Source of the DNA: Acidimicrobiia bacterium
Lineage (GTDB): Bacteria; Actinomycetota; Acidimicrobiia; Acidimicrobiales; JANYDT01
Assembly: GCA_043720395.1 (NCBI GenBank)
Contig: JAYSSR010000073.1
Location: 5,217 to 69,216 of the forward strand
Reading direction: 5' to 3'
DNA length: 64,000 nt
The position numbers and the translations under genes are program-made. Numbering within the stretch: position 1 is the stretch's first letter; every line of letters begins with the position of its first letter. The notes under the pieces are model-generated. The model worked only from the letters and a program-made list of their open reading frames with translations. It ran no database searches and was not told the DNA's origin. Shown here one piece after another: positions 38,346 to 48,452 of the stretch.

Positions 38346-39278
38346 TCAACGGTGCCAGAGCCCGTCGCCGTTCACCGGACTCTTCGCGACGAGGATCGCG
38401 AGCACAACCGCCAACGCTCCCATGGCGAGGAGGAGCACGATGTCCTGGCGCGAATCCTTGCCACGACGTTTCGGGTGCATCAGCACGGCACCGGCGACAC
38501 CGCCGAACACAAGGCCACCGAGGTGTCCTCCGATGGAAATGCCCGGAATCGAGAAGCTGATCACCAAGTTGATCAGCAGCATTGGACCCCAGGTGTTGTT
38601 GAACGGAACACCCCGCTGACGCAACGCCACCGTGGCCGCTCCAGCAAGCCCGAAGACCGCTCCTGACGCGCCGCCGGTATAGCCAAACGGCTGGAAAAGC
38701 AACGCACCGAACCCACCGCCGAGCAGGCTCACACCGTAAAGACCGATGTAGCGCCAGCGTCCGAGTGCCGGCTCAAGCACGCGACCGAGCTGCCACAGAG
38801 CGAACATGTTGAAGCCAATGTGGATGATCCCGAAATGGATGAAGCCCGAGGTCACGAGACGCCACCACTCCCCGTTTGCGACCCCGCCGCGACCATCTGG
38901 ACCCGTCGCAAAAATGGCAAGGTCGGCATTGCTGTAGCGGTTGACGAGGTTCGTGAGAACGAACACTGCCGCGTTGAGCGCGATGAGCGCCCGTGTGACC
39001 GGAAGATCCATGCCCTTGATCTGTCGGGCCGTCACGGTTCCGCTGCGTTTCACTCGTGCGGTGGCCGGACCTTGCGCCTCCTTGATACAGGAGAGGCAGT
39101 GCTGACCGACGGGCGCATCGCGGAGGCATTCCGGACACGTCGGACGTCCACAGCGATTGCACGACCGCAGCGTCTCCCGCTTCGGGTGGAGGTGGCAGTA
39201 CTTCACGGACATGCCGGACATGCCGGGGTCGCCGTTTGGGGGGGTGTTCTCCGGGTGGGCGGGCGGGGTCATCGTCAT
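38346..39278 (-). CDS. Rhomboid-family intramembrane serine protease with N-terminal zinc ribbon
   Basis: CHLHP..CNRCGRPTCPEC..CLSC zinc ribbon. HFGIIHIGFNM and GASGAVFGL are the rhomboid catalytic motifs. Confidence 0.85.
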   Translation of the reverse strand: MTMTPPAHPENTPPNGDPGMSGMSVKYCHLHPKRETLRSCNRCGRPTCPECLRDAPVGQHCLSCIKEAQGPATARVKRSGTVTARQIKGMDLPVTRALIALNAAVFVLTNLVNRYSNADLAIFATGPDGRGGVANGEWWRLVTSGFIHFGIIHIGFNMFALWQLGRVLEPALGRWRYIGLYGVSLLGGGFGALLFQPFGYTGGASGAVFGLAGAATVALRQRGVPFNNTWGPMLLINLVISFSIPGISIGGHLGGLVFGGVAGAVLMHPKRRGKDSRQDIVLLLAMGALAVVLAILVAKSPVNGDGLWHR

Positions 39279-39281
39279 GAC

Positions 39282-40721
39282 CTACAAGCCCGCCCGCTGC
39301 CGGAGAAGTGTGGTGATTGCTTTTCCATCAGCTTTGCCTCCAGTGGCTTTCATGGCAGCGCCCACGAAGAACCCGGCGATCTTCGGATCGCCAGCCTTGA
39401 GACGCTCGAACTCGGCCGGGTGGGCGGCAATGAGCTGATCGACGAGCTGCTCCGCCGCCCCGCAGTCCATCGCCTCGAAGCCGCGGGCCTTCGCGATCGC
39501 TTCCGGAGCGTTGCCCGACTCCAGCATCTCCCCGAGCACCTGCTTCGCCTGGGTCGAGGTCAGCGCGCCACTTTCCTCCATCGCAAGCAGTGTCGCGAAC
39601 GAGTCCACACTCAGACGGGTGTGCGTATCCACACTGACGGCCGCAATGTCGTTCGCCGCTCGGGTGATCGCCCGGCGTGCGTCGGCACCGAGCTCGATTG
39701 CACCCGTCACAAGTGGGTCGAGGCCCTGCTCGATCACCGTGACGATCAGGTCACTCGACGGTGCCAATTGGCCGCCGGTGGCGTCGGAGAGAGCATGGCG
39801 TTTCGCACCCGGCATCATCGGCAACGCAGCCTTGACCGCGTCGATCCACTCCCGCGACGGGTCGATCGGCACGAGATCGGGCTCCGGGAAGTACCGGTAG
39901 TCATAGGCCTCTTCCTTCGACCGCATCGACGAGGTCCTTCCTTCGTCCTCGCTCCAGTGCCGCGTCTCCTGCACGATCCGCTCACCGTTCTCGATGAGAT
40001 CGATCTGACGGTTCGCCTCGTAGTCGATCGCCCGCACCAGTGACCGCAGCGAGTTCAGATTCTTGATCTCGCATCGGGTGCCAAGTTCCGCGCCGGGCTT
40101 GCGGACGCTTACGTTCGCGTCGACCCGCAAGGACCCTTCTTCCATCTTTCCGTCCGATGCGCCGGTCGCTACGAGAACCGACCGCAGCTCTGCGACGTAG
40201 GACTTCGCATCGTCTGCCGACCGAATATCAGGTCGACTGACAATCTCCACGAGCGGCACACCAGCACGGTTGTAGTCCACGAGTGAGTGACTCGCACCGT
40301 GGATGCGTCCACCGGTTCCGCCGACGTGCGAGGTCTTGCCGGTGTCCTCTTCCATATGCGCGCGTTCGATTCCGATGACGGTACCGTTCGGCAACTCCAA
40401 TGAGCCATCGACGTTGATCGGACGGTCGTACTGCGAGACCTGATAGTCCTTGGGCATGTCGGGATAGAAGTAGTTCTTGCGGTGGAAGATGCTCGGCTTG
40501 ATCGTGCATCCGAGGGCCGCACCGATGCGCATCGCGTACTCGACAGCCGTGCGATTCAGCACCGGCAGGCTTCCCGGCAGACCGAGACACACCGGGCAGA
40601 TATTCGTGTTTGGCTCCTCCCCGAATTGATTCGCGCAGCCGCAGAAGATCTTCGTGGCGGTCGCCAACTCGCAATGGACCTCCAGGCCCACGACGAGTTC
40701 CCACCCTTGCTTGATCGTCAT
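39282..40721 (-). CDS. gatB: Asp/Glu-tRNA(Asn/Gln) amidotransferase subunit B
   Basis: [32 protein letters not shown] is the GatB N-terminus. gatCAB operon with overlapping stop/starts. Confidence 0.95.
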   Translation of the reverse strand: MTIKQGWELVVGLEVHCELATATKIFCGCANQFGEEPNTNICPVCLGLPGSLPVLNRTAVEYAMRIGAALGCTIKPSIFHRKNYFYPDMPKDYQVSQYDRPINVDGSLELPNGTVIGIERAHMEEDTGKTSHVGGTGGRIHGASHSLVDYNRAGVPLVEIVSRPDIRSADDAKSYVAELRSVLVATGASDGKMEEGSLRVDANVSVRKPGAELGTRCEIKNLNSLRSLVRAIDYEANRQIDLIENGERIVQETRHWSEDEGRTSSMRSKEEAYDYRYFPEPDLVPIDPSREWIDAVKAALPMMPGAKRHALSDATGGQLAPSSDLIVTVIEQGLDPLVTGAIELGADARRAITRAANDIAAVSVDTHTRLSVDSFATLLAMEESGALTSTQAKQVLGEMLESGNAPEAIAKARGFEAMDCGAAEQLVDQLIAAHPAEFERLKAGDPKIAGFFVGAAMKATGGKADGKAITTLLRQRAGL

Positions 40722-42214
40722 GAGTGGTTCCCCTTCTCGATCACCGCGGCGACCTGGAACAGCCGTTCCTCGGACAGCGCCGGGCCGAGCACCTGCACGC
40801 CGACAGGCATGCCGTCGTCGCCGACGCCGCAGGGGACGCTGATCGCCGGATCACCCGACAGGTTCGACGGGATCGTGCACACGTCGTTGATGTACATCGT
40901 CATCGGGTCGGCCGTCCTGTCGCCGAACGCGAATGCGGTGGTCGGCGACGTCGGCGACAACAGCACGTCGAAGGATTCGTAGGCGCGCTGAAAATCTCGA
41001 ATGATAAGCGTGCGTACTTTCTGAGCCTGACCGTAGTAGGCGTCGTAGTAGCCAGCGCTCAATGCGTACGTACCGAGCATGATGCGTCGCTTGACCTCGG
41101 CACCGAACCCGGCGGCACGGGTCAGACCCATCATCGATTCGACCGTGCCGGCCCCATCACCCTTGGCCCGCAAGCCGTAGCGGATGCCGTCGAAGCGCGC
41201 GAGGTTCGAGGAGCACTCGGCCGGTGCAATCAGATAGTAAGCGGACAGGCCATAAATGGCGGCGGGTACCGACACCGAGGCGACGGTCGCACCAGCGTCT
41301 CGGAGACGCTGGGCTGCAACGTCCACACGGGCGAGCACGTCGGCCGAGATTTCCTTGCCGCTGAGCTCGGTCACGATGCCGACCCGAAGGCCCGAGAGCC
41401 CGTCGCGCTGGCCGCGGTGAACCGCCTCGACCAGCGACCCGAACGTGAGGTGAAGCGACGTGGAGTCGTGCGAGTCATGGCCGGCAATCGTCTCCATCAC
41501 GAGCGCAGCGTCTTCGACCGTGTGTGAGAACGGTCCGATCTGGTCGAGCGACGAGGCAAACGGAATCAATCCGTACCTGCTGACTGCGCCGTACGTGGGC
41601 TTGAAGCCGACGAGCCCGCAGAGCGCTGCAGGTTGGCGAATCGATCCGCCGGTGTCGGAGCCGAGCGACACCGGCGCGAATCCGGCCGCCACTGCGGCAG
41701 CGCTGCCTCCGCTGGAGCCGCCCGGCACTTTCGCAAAATCGTGCGGGTTGCGGGTCGGGCCGAACGCCGAGTTCTCGGTGGATGAACCCATGGCGAACTC
41801 GTCGAGGTTCGTTTTGCCAACGATGATCGCACCGGCCGCAGCGACGCGCTGCACGACCGTAGCGTCGTACGGCGGACGCCAACCCTCGAGGATCTTCGAA
41901 GAGCACGTGGTAGGGATACCACGCGTGCACATGTTGTCCTTCAGCGCCATGGGCACACCGGCTAGCGGGCCCGGGTCGCGACCGGCAGCGACCGACGCGT
42001 CCACAGTGGCCGCGGCGGCTTGTGCTTCGTTGATCAACACGGTGTTGAACGCGTGGACGTCGCCCTCGTGGTCGGCGATGCGGGCGAGGTAGGCGTCGAG
42101 CACATCGGCCGCTCGTCGACGGCCGCTTCGGACGTCAGCAGCAATCGACGCGGCCGTGTCGGGCGACCCGGGTGCAACGGCAACCGCCGCACTGCGCATG
42201 CTCGCAGCGGTCAC
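40718..42214 (-). CDS. gatA: Asp/Glu-tRNA(Asn/Gln) amidotransferase subunit A
   Basis: Amidase signature [14 protein letters not shown]...[12 protein letters not shown]. Confidence 0.95.
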   Translation of the reverse strand: MTAASMRSAAVAVAPGSPDTAASIAADVRSGRRRAADVLDAYLARIADHEGDVHAFNTVLINEAQAAAATVDASVAAGRDPGPLAGVPMALKDNMCTRGIPTTCSSKILEGWRPPYDATVVQRVAAAGAIIVGKTNLDEFAMGSSTENSAFGPTRNPHDFAKVPGGSSGGSAAAVAAGFAPVSLGSDTGGSIRQPAALCGLVGFKPTYGAVSRYGLIPFASSLDQIGPFSHTVEDAALVMETIAGHDSHDSTSLHLTFGSLVEAVHRGQRDGLSGLRVGIVTELSGKEISADVLARVDVAAQRLRDAGATVASVSVPAAIYGLSAYYLIAPAECSSNLARFDGIRYGLRAKGDGAGTVESMMGLTRAAGFGAEVKRRIMLGTYALSAGYYDAYYGQAQKVRTLIIRDFQRAYESFDVLLSPTSPTTAFAFGDRTADPMTMYINDVCTIPSNLSGDPAISVPCGVGDDGMPVGVQVLGPALSEERLFQVAAVIEKGNHS

Positions 42215-42528
42215 GGTGCCTCCGCCAGGATCTGCGGCACGCGGAAGCGGTCCGACTCGGCGGCCGGAGCCATGGCAAGCACTTCGGCCCGGTCCAGGCT
42301 CGGCGTGACAACGTCGTCGCGCAGCACATTGGACAGTGCCAGCGGGTGCGCCGTGGTCGGGACCTCGGCGGTGTCGAGCGATGCCACGTCCTGCGCGTGG
42401 TCGAGGATTCCGGCGAGATCAGCGGTGAAGCCGTCGATCTCATCGTCGGTCAGCGTCAGACGGGCGAGGCGGGCCACGTGCACGACGTCGGCGCGGGACA
42501 ACCGCGCCGCGGAAGGGTCGGAGGACAT
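42211..42528 (-). CDS. gatC: Asp/Glu-tRNA(Asn/Gln) amidotransferase subunit C
   Basis: [44 protein letters not shown] is the GatC pattern. Start set at 42528 rather than track start 42678. Confidence 0.9.
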   Translation of the reverse strand: MSSDPSAARLSRADVVHVARLARLTLTDDEIDGFTADLAGILDHAQDVASLDTAEVPTTAHPLALSNVLRDDVVTPSLDRAEVLAMAPAAESDRFRVPQILAEAP

Positions 42529-42870
42529 GGCGGTCAATGCTAGGAGACCCGCGCCCGAACACGACGATGTGTTGGTTCGGGATTCCAGGGACAGCTTTGA
42601 CAACGGTTGGCCACTCGTCGGACCGTGAAAAACGAAGTGCAGACGAGGTGAAAAAGGGAGTTTAGAAGTTGTGAACAAAGGTGGCCTAGAGAAGCCGGGA
42701 TTGGTAGCGTAGACCCGGGACCGCGTACCAACTTCGCCTCGTCGACGATGAACTCGACGACCTTTTCCCTGATCTGGCGGCCATAGCTATCGAGGGTCCC
42801 AAGGGCGTGGAAAAGAGCGCGACGGCTGAGCGGCGGGCGAAGACCGTTCTTCATCTCGACTCTTCATCTC

Positions 42871-43120
42871 GACGTCCTCAGTGATCGACAATCCCTTGAG
42901 ACGTACCCGGCGAGGCTCGACGACGATCCCTCTCCGATCCTTCTTGATGAGTGGCAGCGAATGCCGTCGTCGTGGGACTGGTGCGACGAAGCGTCGATCG
43001 AAACAACGCAGGCGGACGGTTCCTGCTGACCGGAAGCGCGACCCCGCCCGTGGCACCGATGCACACGGGCACCGGTCGGATTGTCCGTATGCGCATGCGC
43101 CCGATGAGCATGGCTGAACG
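42871..43120 (+). pseudogene. Fragment of an AAA_14/DUF4143-type ATPase, frameshifted and truncated
   Basis: PILLDEWQRMPSSWDWCDEASIE in one frame, then GRFLLTGSATPPVAPMHTGTGRIVRMRMRPMSMAE in another. No P-loop N-terminus or DUF4143 C-terminus is present. Confidence 0.55.
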
Positions 43121-43162
43121 TCGACGTCGCCCGCTCCGAGCTCGCTCGCGCAAGCAAACCGG

Positions 43163-43591
43163 GACGCGCTGCTGGTCGAACGATTCGACCGCACACCGAA
43201 CGGGGAGCGGCTGATGGTCGTGTCCGCCGCAACAATCCTCGGTCTCGACCCATACCTCGGTGCCCGATACGCCACCTACCCCGAACTCGCTGATCGTCTC
43301 CGGGCAACATCGGTCGACGCCGGCGACGCCCGAGAACTGTTCGCTCGCATCGTCTTCAACGTGATCGTCGGCAATACCGACGATCACGCCCGCAACCACG
43401 CAGCCATCTGGGACGGGCAGGATGCGTGAAGCGGGCTTTCGAGGACGGGCTCGACCGAGGTGAAGCATCCGAGCTCGTCGAACGGCAGATCGAAGTTGTC
43501 ACCTCGCAATGGGAGGACGCGGCCGATCGGGCGAGACTCAACGCTGCTGAACGCCTGTCGGCGTTCGCTGGCCCAATCCTTAACCGTCGAT
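43163..43591 (+). pseudogene. hipA: HipA-family kinase toxin remnant (C-terminal domain only, internally deleted)
   Basis: DALLVERFDRTPNGERL...ELFARIVFNVIVGNTDDHARNHAAIWDG then TGA. The tail continues in another frame (KRAFEDGLDRGEASELVERQIEVVTSQWEDAA). The N-terminal domain is absent. Confidence 0.65.
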
Positions 43592-43690
43592 CTTCTACGG
43601 ATGCGATGAGCTACGACCCTGATTGCCGCGTCGCAGCGGCAGCGGCGATGCGTCGATCGCGAGCGGATCGGCGTAAACGGTCGCTAGAGC

Positions 43691-44008
43691 TCAGATCCCG
43701 AGGACGGCGCGAAGTCCTTCGTCGATGTCGTCAACCAAGACCTTGGGCAGGCGACCGGCTTGTTTGCCCAGTATCGATCGGTCGATCAGTTCGAGACCGA
43801 GGGGAACCGCCACGGAGTCTCTTGGTAGCCCGCTCGCCTTCGCGGGAAGCAAGACATTGCCGGCGATGCCCGCTCGGGCGACGTTTGAGGTGAGAGGCAC
43901 GACATGGGTCTGCCAGACATTCACGCCAAGGACGTCCTCGGACGACACCACCACGCACGGTCTGCGCTTATCAAGCCCAATCCAGTACACCGAGCCCCTC
44001 GCTACCAC
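43691..44008 (-). CDS. mazF: MazF/PemK-family toxin (mRNA interferase)
   Basis: RGSVYWIGLDKRRPCVVVSSEDV...THVVPLTSN...GNVLLPA pattern. Overlaps the upstream small gene by 7 bp. Confidence 0.8.
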   Translation of the reverse strand: MVARGSVYWIGLDKRRPCVVVSSEDVLGVNVWQTHVVPLTSNVARAGIAGNVLLPAKASGLPRDSVAVPLGLELIDRSILGKQAGRLPKVLVDDIDEGLRAVLGI

Positions 44009-44247
44009 GGCGCGGAACGTTCCATCCGCTTCATCGCTTTCTTCGACGCCGCCGCGGTCGGGGGATTGGTCCCCGCTAGCTCGGCGTCCGCCAGAAACTG
44101 TTGAGAGAGGCTGCGCCCCGCGTGGGCGGCGTGATGTCGAAGCTGATCGGCAACCCAGGTGGAGAACGGAACGCCGAGGTTGCCGATGATCGGCACGACG
44201 TCGTCGGGAACACTGATCGTCTTGTTTGGCACGTACGTATCATACAT
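44002..44247 (-). CDS. Putative antitoxin cognate to the MazF-like toxin
   Basis: 81-aa ORF overlapping the toxin start. Family not recognised, so the assignment rests on position. Confidence 0.6.
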   Translation of the reverse strand: MYDTYVPNKTISVPDDVVPIIGNLGVPFSTWVADQLRHHAAHAGRSLSQQFLADAELAGTNPPTAAASKKAMKRMERSAPW

Positions 44248-44331
44248 ACGTGTCGCTGCATTCGCGATCTGCGGCCGCGGTGCCTTTCAGAACGACTCAA
44301 GCAGCATCAGTCGAGTGGTCCATCGGTTGAG

Positions 44332-44646
44332 TTAGGTCTCGTTGGCGATCGCTGACGGAATGTCGCTCCGGGTGTGGAGGACACGCCATACATCGACGGC
44401 TTCATCACCGACGACGTAGAACACGAGGTACGGGAACCGAACCACCGGGCGTACGCGCAGACCGGGAATGTCCAGCTCGTAGGAGAATCGCAAGCTGCCC
44501 GATTGCGGTGATCGGCTGACGTCTTTGACGACCCGTTCGACGGCGTCGACGAATCGCAGCGCGACTGCCTCGCGGAGGTAGTAGTCGGCGGCCAGGTCAA
44601 TGTCGGTCGCCGCGCGCTCGCGGAGTCGGACGGCCAGACTGGTCAG
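44332..44646 (-). CDS. parE: ParE/RelE-family toxin; no ATG/GTG/TTG start found (not in the ORF track)
   Basis: Hand translation: LTSLAVRLRERAATDIDLAADYYLREAVALRFVDAVERVVKDVSRSPQSGSLRFSYELDIPGLRVRPVVRFPYLVFYVVGDEAVDVWRVLHTRSDIPSAIANET*. Overlaps the parD stop. Confidence 0.7.
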   Translation of the reverse strand: MTSLAVRLRERAATDIDLAADYYLREAVALRFVDAVERVVKDVSRSPQSGSLRFSYELDIPGLRVRPVVRFPYLVFYVVGDEAVDVWRVLHTRSDIPSAIANET

Positions 44647-44876
44647 CGGTCGGATCGGATGCGGTCGCGCAGGGTCGCGAAATAGGACGCATCGGCGATT
44701 GGACCGCTCTTCGACGACGCTCCATCCAAGAGCGCATGTCGAAGCTGTTGACGGTCTTTATCGCGACGAATGAGATCGCGGACGTACTCGCTCGTGGACC
44801 CGTAGATGCCGTCACCGACCTGTTCGTCGACATAGGACTTGAGTTCGTCGGGCAGCGACACGTTCATCGTCGACAT
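44643..44876 (-). CDS. parD: ParD-family (RHH) antitoxin
   Basis: MSTMNVSLPDELKSYVDEQVGDGIYGSTSEYVRDLIRRDKDRQ is the classic ParD N-terminus. Start set at 44876. Confidence 0.8.
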   Translation of the reverse strand: MSTMNVSLPDELKSYVDEQVGDGIYGSTSEYVRDLIRRDKDRQQLRHALLDGASSKSGPIADASYFATLRDRIRSDR

Positions 44877-45147
44877 ACAAAACAGAGTACCAGGAAGTTG
44901 GCAAACCTTGCCATACCTTGGTCCGAGACCATGCAGCGACACTCCTGCGGGCGATACCGAAACGAGGGCTCGGGGTCAACGCTCAGTGTGCTTTTTCGCC
45001 ACGTTGCCATTGTCGCCCGTCCTGGCAATTCCCGGCGTTGATGGTTCTCGAAGTCGCGCTCTTCTGCAAAATCACGTAGTGGCGCCGCCCATTACATTCG
45101 GGACAACAAGGTCGTCGAGATTTGTGGTCGGCGATGAAAGCGCGACT

Positions 45148-45705
45148 ATGGCCAAGCTGATCTACGCGTCGAACGTGTCACTCGACGGCTGTACCGAGGA
45201 CGAACGTGGTGGCTTCGGCTGGGCACCACCGGACGACGACGTGTTCGCGTTCATCACTGACCTCATGCGGTCAGCCAGCACCTATCTCTACGGACGGCGC
45301 ATGTACGAAACGATGGCCGTCTGGGAGACCGATGCCACTCTGGCAGCGCAGTCGGACCTCATGAATGACTTCGCGAACGCCTGGCAGGCGGCGGACAAAA
45401 TCGTCTACTCCACGACCCTGGCCGCAGTGTCGACGGCCAACACCCGTCTCGAACACCACTTCGACCCCGGCGCGGTTGACGACCTCAAGGCCGTGGCCAA
45501 GAGCGATCTCATGGTCGGAGGTCCGAACCTCGCAGCGCAGGCTTTCAAGGCCGGGCTGGTTGACGAGTGCCACCTGTTCATCTGGCCCGTCGTGCTCGGT
45601 GGAGGCAAGCCGGCGCTGACGACCCACACGCGCCTCGAGCTTGACCTCTTGGACGAGCACCGATTCAGCAACGGGGTCGTGCGCCTCCGCTACCGCCCTC
45701 TGTAG
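45148..45705 (+). CDS. Dihydrofolate reductase-family (RibD C-terminal domain) protein
   Basis: MAKLIYASNVSLDGC...YLYGRRMYETM...MVGGPNLAAQAF..GLVDECHLFIWPVVLGGGK pattern. Start set at ATG 45148. Confidence 0.8.
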   Translation: MAKLIYASNVSLDGCTEDERGGFGWAPPDDDVFAFITDLMRSASTYLYGRRMYETMAVWETDATLAAQSDLMNDFANAWQAADKIVYSTTLAAVSTANTRLEHHFDPGAVDDLKAVAKSDLMVGGPNLAAQAFKAGLVDECHLFIWPVVLGGGKPALTTHTRLELDLLDEHRFSNGVVRLRYRPL

Positions 45706-45848
45706 GAACTCAAGGTCGCTGCGACGGGACGCTCAGGCTTCGACCATTTGGAACTGCGCCGGGGGTGGCCAAAGCGGTACACGGCGACCCTTTTCTGCCG
45801 TCGCCTTCGCGACCGAAGCCTCGGACCAACTCCTACGATCCCCCGCCC

Positions 45849-46330
45849 ATGGAACTGGTTCGGCAGGCGTACAGAATCATGGCGGAGCAGTACATCGAGC
45901 TGTTCGGAAGCTGCGCCCAGGTACATCCGGACGACCTCGCCCTCACCACCCGGCACCTCTCGATCCGGCCCGGCGCCGTGCTCGACGTTGGCTGCGGGCC
46001 GGGGCATCTCACCGAGCATCTTTGCACGCTCGATGTCGACGCAACGGGCATCGACCTCGTGCCCGAGTTCATCGACCACGCCCACACCGCCCATCCCGTC
46101 GGCCGGTACGCGGTCGGCTCGATGCACCAGCTCCCTGTCCCCGACAGTCCGGACGTCGGCCCCGTGCAGCCATCGTGGCGATCGCGAGCTGAGCGAACCT
46201 GCATCATCCCGACCGACTCGGACGCGAAGCCTCCGAAACGCCGACTCTTGGGCACCCGGTATCGCTCCACCGGGATATGCCGCCGCCACCCGCTCGCAAC
46301 GGGCATTCAGCAGTGCCCAACAGGCCGCAC
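45849..46330 (+). pseudogene. Class I SAM-dependent methyltransferase, disrupted after ~100 codons
   Basis: Intact motif I VLDVGCGPGHLTEHL and GIDLVPEFI. The expected continuation appears in another frame with an in-frame TGA (AAIVAIAS*ANLHHPDRL), and later similarity is scattered over frames. Confidence 0.5.
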
Positions 46331-46388
46331 ACAATCGGGCGAAGTAGAGCGGGACTTCGTCGGTATCAGAGAGTCAACTCGTGCGGCC

Positions 46389-46772
46389 TTACGAGATGAG
46401 TTCGCGGAGTCTCTGGGCGATTTCATCGACACCCGGTTGCCCAGCAGCTACCTCGATCACGAGGTCGTAAACATCCACGTTACCGGCGCGCGAGATCGCG
46501 ACGCCGTTGATCTCCAGAAAGACGGCAGTCGTGAGCCACCCGAGCCGCTTGTTCCCGTCCACGAGCGCATGATTTTTAACAATTGACTGCAACAGCGCAG
46601 CAGCCTTCGTCCAGATGTCTGGGTAGGCGTCATCGCCGAACGCGCTCGTCTGCGGCCGTGCGACAGCAGACCCAAGGAGACCGACGTCGCGAATCGGCGG
46701 AGGATCACCGAAAAGCGCGATCGCAAGGTCGATGACGTCATCGAGTTCGAGGAACTCGACCGGGTCCCTCAC
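46389..46772 (-). CDS. doc: Doc (death-on-curing, Fic-fold) toxin
   Basis: Fic/Doc motif HALVDGNKR. 127 aa. Overlaps the upstream antitoxin stop (ATGA-type). Confidence 0.85.
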   Translation of the reverse strand: MRDPVEFLELDDVIDLAIALFGDPPPIRDVGLLGSAVARPQTSAFGDDAYPDIWTKAAALLQSIVKNHALVDGNKRLGWLTTAVFLEINGVAISRAGNVDVYDLVIEVAAGQPGVDEIAQRLRELIS

Positions 46773-46972
46773 TCGCCGAGCCGACGCAGTGCGTCGCTGT
46801 GGGTGTTCAGGATCAGCCGAGCGGCCTGCCCGACGCGGTCTCGGTGGTCGCCTTGGGTTACGAACTCGCGCACGGCTCGCCGGGCGGCCTCCTGCATGGA
46901 GATGCCTTCATAGTCCGCCCGCGCTCGCAATGCTTCTTGCTCGGTGTCAGTGAGGCGCAAGGTCATAGCCAT
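46769..46972 (-). CDS. RHH-type antitoxin partner of Doc (Phd-like role)
   Basis: MAMTLRLTDTEQEALRARADYEGISMQEAARRAVREF is a ribbon-helix-helix pattern. Lies directly upstream of doc. Confidence 0.7.
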   Translation of the reverse strand: MAMTLRLTDTEQEALRARADYEGISMQEAARRAVREFVTQGDHRDRVGQAARLILNTHSDALRRLGE

Positions 46973-46978
46973 GGCGAT

Positions 46979-46999
46979 ATGGTATCAGTTCGATACCAT
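46979..46999. promoter_or_regulatory. Perfect 8-5-8 palindrome 7-27 bp upstream of the antitoxin start (candidate TA operator)
   Basis: atggtatc-agttc-gataccat, read directly. Confidence 0.4.
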
Positions 47000-47279
47000 G
47001 ACGGCGAGGTTCTGACTTCCTGGCCTCTAGACCAAACCGAGCTCCGGTCGCTCGGCTCGGGCCGAAGCCGAGTGATCCAATCCAGCGAGAACTTGTGCGA
47101 TTCGTCGTTCCGAGAGCGAGAACTCGCACACACCCTCGCCCGAATGGAGCGCGGTGTTGGCCGCGGTCCGCAAGCAGCGTCTGGATCTCCACAGCGCGAG
47201 CTTCGATCGCCGCTGTGCTCTCGCCCAGCCAACGATCACAACGTGCGGATCGGACACTCCAGGCAATAGGGTCCGCTCC

Positions 47280-48428
47280 ATGTCCGCATCTGTATCCGAC
47301 GCCATTCGCCCCTTCACCATCGACGTGCCCGACAGCGTCCTCGCCGATCTCAAGCGGCGACTCAACGACACCCGCTGGCCCGAGGCCGAACTGGTCGACG
47401 ACTGGAGCCAGGGAGCGCCACTCGCATGGATACAGGACATCTGCCGGTACTGGGCCGACGGCTACGACTGGCGGGCACGCGAAGCGAAGCTGAACCGGTT
47501 CTCCCACTTCATGACCGACCTCGACGGGCTCGACATCCACTTCATCCACCAGCGCTCGCCGCACCCCGAGGGCAAGCCGTTGCTCATCACGCACGGCTGG
47601 CCCGGTTCGATCGTGGAGTTCCACAAGGTCATCGAGCCGCTGACCGACCCGACCAAGTTCGGAGGTGAAGCGTCGGACGCCTTCCACGTGATCTGCCCGA
47701 CGCTGCCCGGCTTCGGCTTCTCCGGAAAGCCCACCGCCACCGGTTGGAAGGTCGAGCGCATCGCGGACGCGTGGGCTCAGCTGATGGCCCGCCTCGGCTA
47801 CGACCGGTACTGGGCTCAGGGCGGCGACTGGGGGTCGGCCGTTACCCGCCAGATCGGGGGGCAGGACGTTGACCATTGCGCGGCAATTCACATCACCCTG
47901 GCCATGGGAACCCCACCGAAGCTCAGCGGTGACCCGACTCCGGAAGAGGCCCGGGCGCTCAAGGGTGCCGAGTACTACCAGACCTGGGACTCGGGGTATT
48001 CGAAGCAGCAGGCCACTCGTCCACAGACGCTGGGCTACGGGCTCGCCGACTCACCGTCGGGCCAGGCCGCGTGGATCTTGGAGAAGTTCTGGGCCTGGAC
48101 CGATTGTGACGGTCACCCGGAGAACGTGCTGAATCGCGACGAGCTGCTCGACAATGTCATGCTCTATTGGGCGACCAACTCGGCGGCTAGTTCGGCGAGG
48201 CTCTACTGGGAGAGCTTCGGGGGACGCCGCGGTCTCACGGTCAACGTGCCGGTCGGCGTGGCCGTCTATCCGAAGGAAATCGTGGCGCCCGTCCGCTCGT
48301 GGATGGAGCCTGGCTTCCCGAACATCGTCCACTGGTCCGAGCAGGCCAAGGGCGGACACTTCGCGGCATTCGAGCAGCCCGAGTTGTTCGTGGCCGACGT
48401 CCGAACCTGTTTCCGCCAGTTCCGGTAG
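47280..48428 (+). CDS. Epoxide hydrolase (alpha/beta fold with EHN N-terminal domain)
   Basis: IRPFTIDVPDSVLADLKRRLNDTRWPE (EHN), HGWPGS oxyanion motif and GGDWGS nucleophile motif. Start set at ATG 47280. Confidence 0.9.
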   Translation: MSASVSDAIRPFTIDVPDSVLADLKRRLNDTRWPEAELVDDWSQGAPLAWIQDICRYWADGYDWRAREAKLNRFSHFMTDLDGLDIHFIHQRSPHPEGKPLLITHGWPGSIVEFHKVIEPLTDPTKFGGEASDAFHVICPTLPGFGFSGKPTATGWKVERIADAWAQLMARLGYDRYWAQGGDWGSAVTRQIGGQDVDHCAAIHITLAMGTPPKLSGDPTPEEARALKGAEYYQTWDSGYSKQQATRPQTLGYGLADSPSGQAAWILEKFWAWTDCDGHPENVLNRDELLDNVMLYWATNSAASSARLYWESFGGRRGLTVNVPVGVAVYPKEIVAPVRSWMEPGFPNIVHWSEQAKGGHFAAFEQPELFVADVRTCFRQFR

Positions 48429-48452
48429 GTCGCCCGGACATCAGTAGGCCGT

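Noticed and set aside
42690-42854. Minus-strand fragment MKNGLRPPLSRRALFHALGTLDSYGRQIREKVVEFIVDEAKL... as a transposase or integrase remnant.
   Set aside because: I could not match it to any family by eye, and calling it a mobile-element gene would be a guess. It is left unannotated and mentioned only as part of the decayed island.
44307-44600. Track ORF (97 aa, minus strand) in the parE region.
   Set aside because: The translation is Ser/Thr/Arg-rich nonsense. A different frame over the same bases gives a complete ParE/RelE-like toxin that is coupled to parD.
46947-47891. 314-aa minus-strand ORF overlapping the epoxide hydrolase gene. Similar long antisense or out-of-frame ORFs occur at 5855-7438, 8018-9970, 21786-22838, 22757-23860, 35452-36756 and 38820-40043.
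   Set aside because: These are Arg/Gly/Pro-rich translations with no recognisable motifs. Each lies opposite, or out of frame with, a gene that has clear family signatures. This is typical stop-codon-poor antisense in high-GC DNA.
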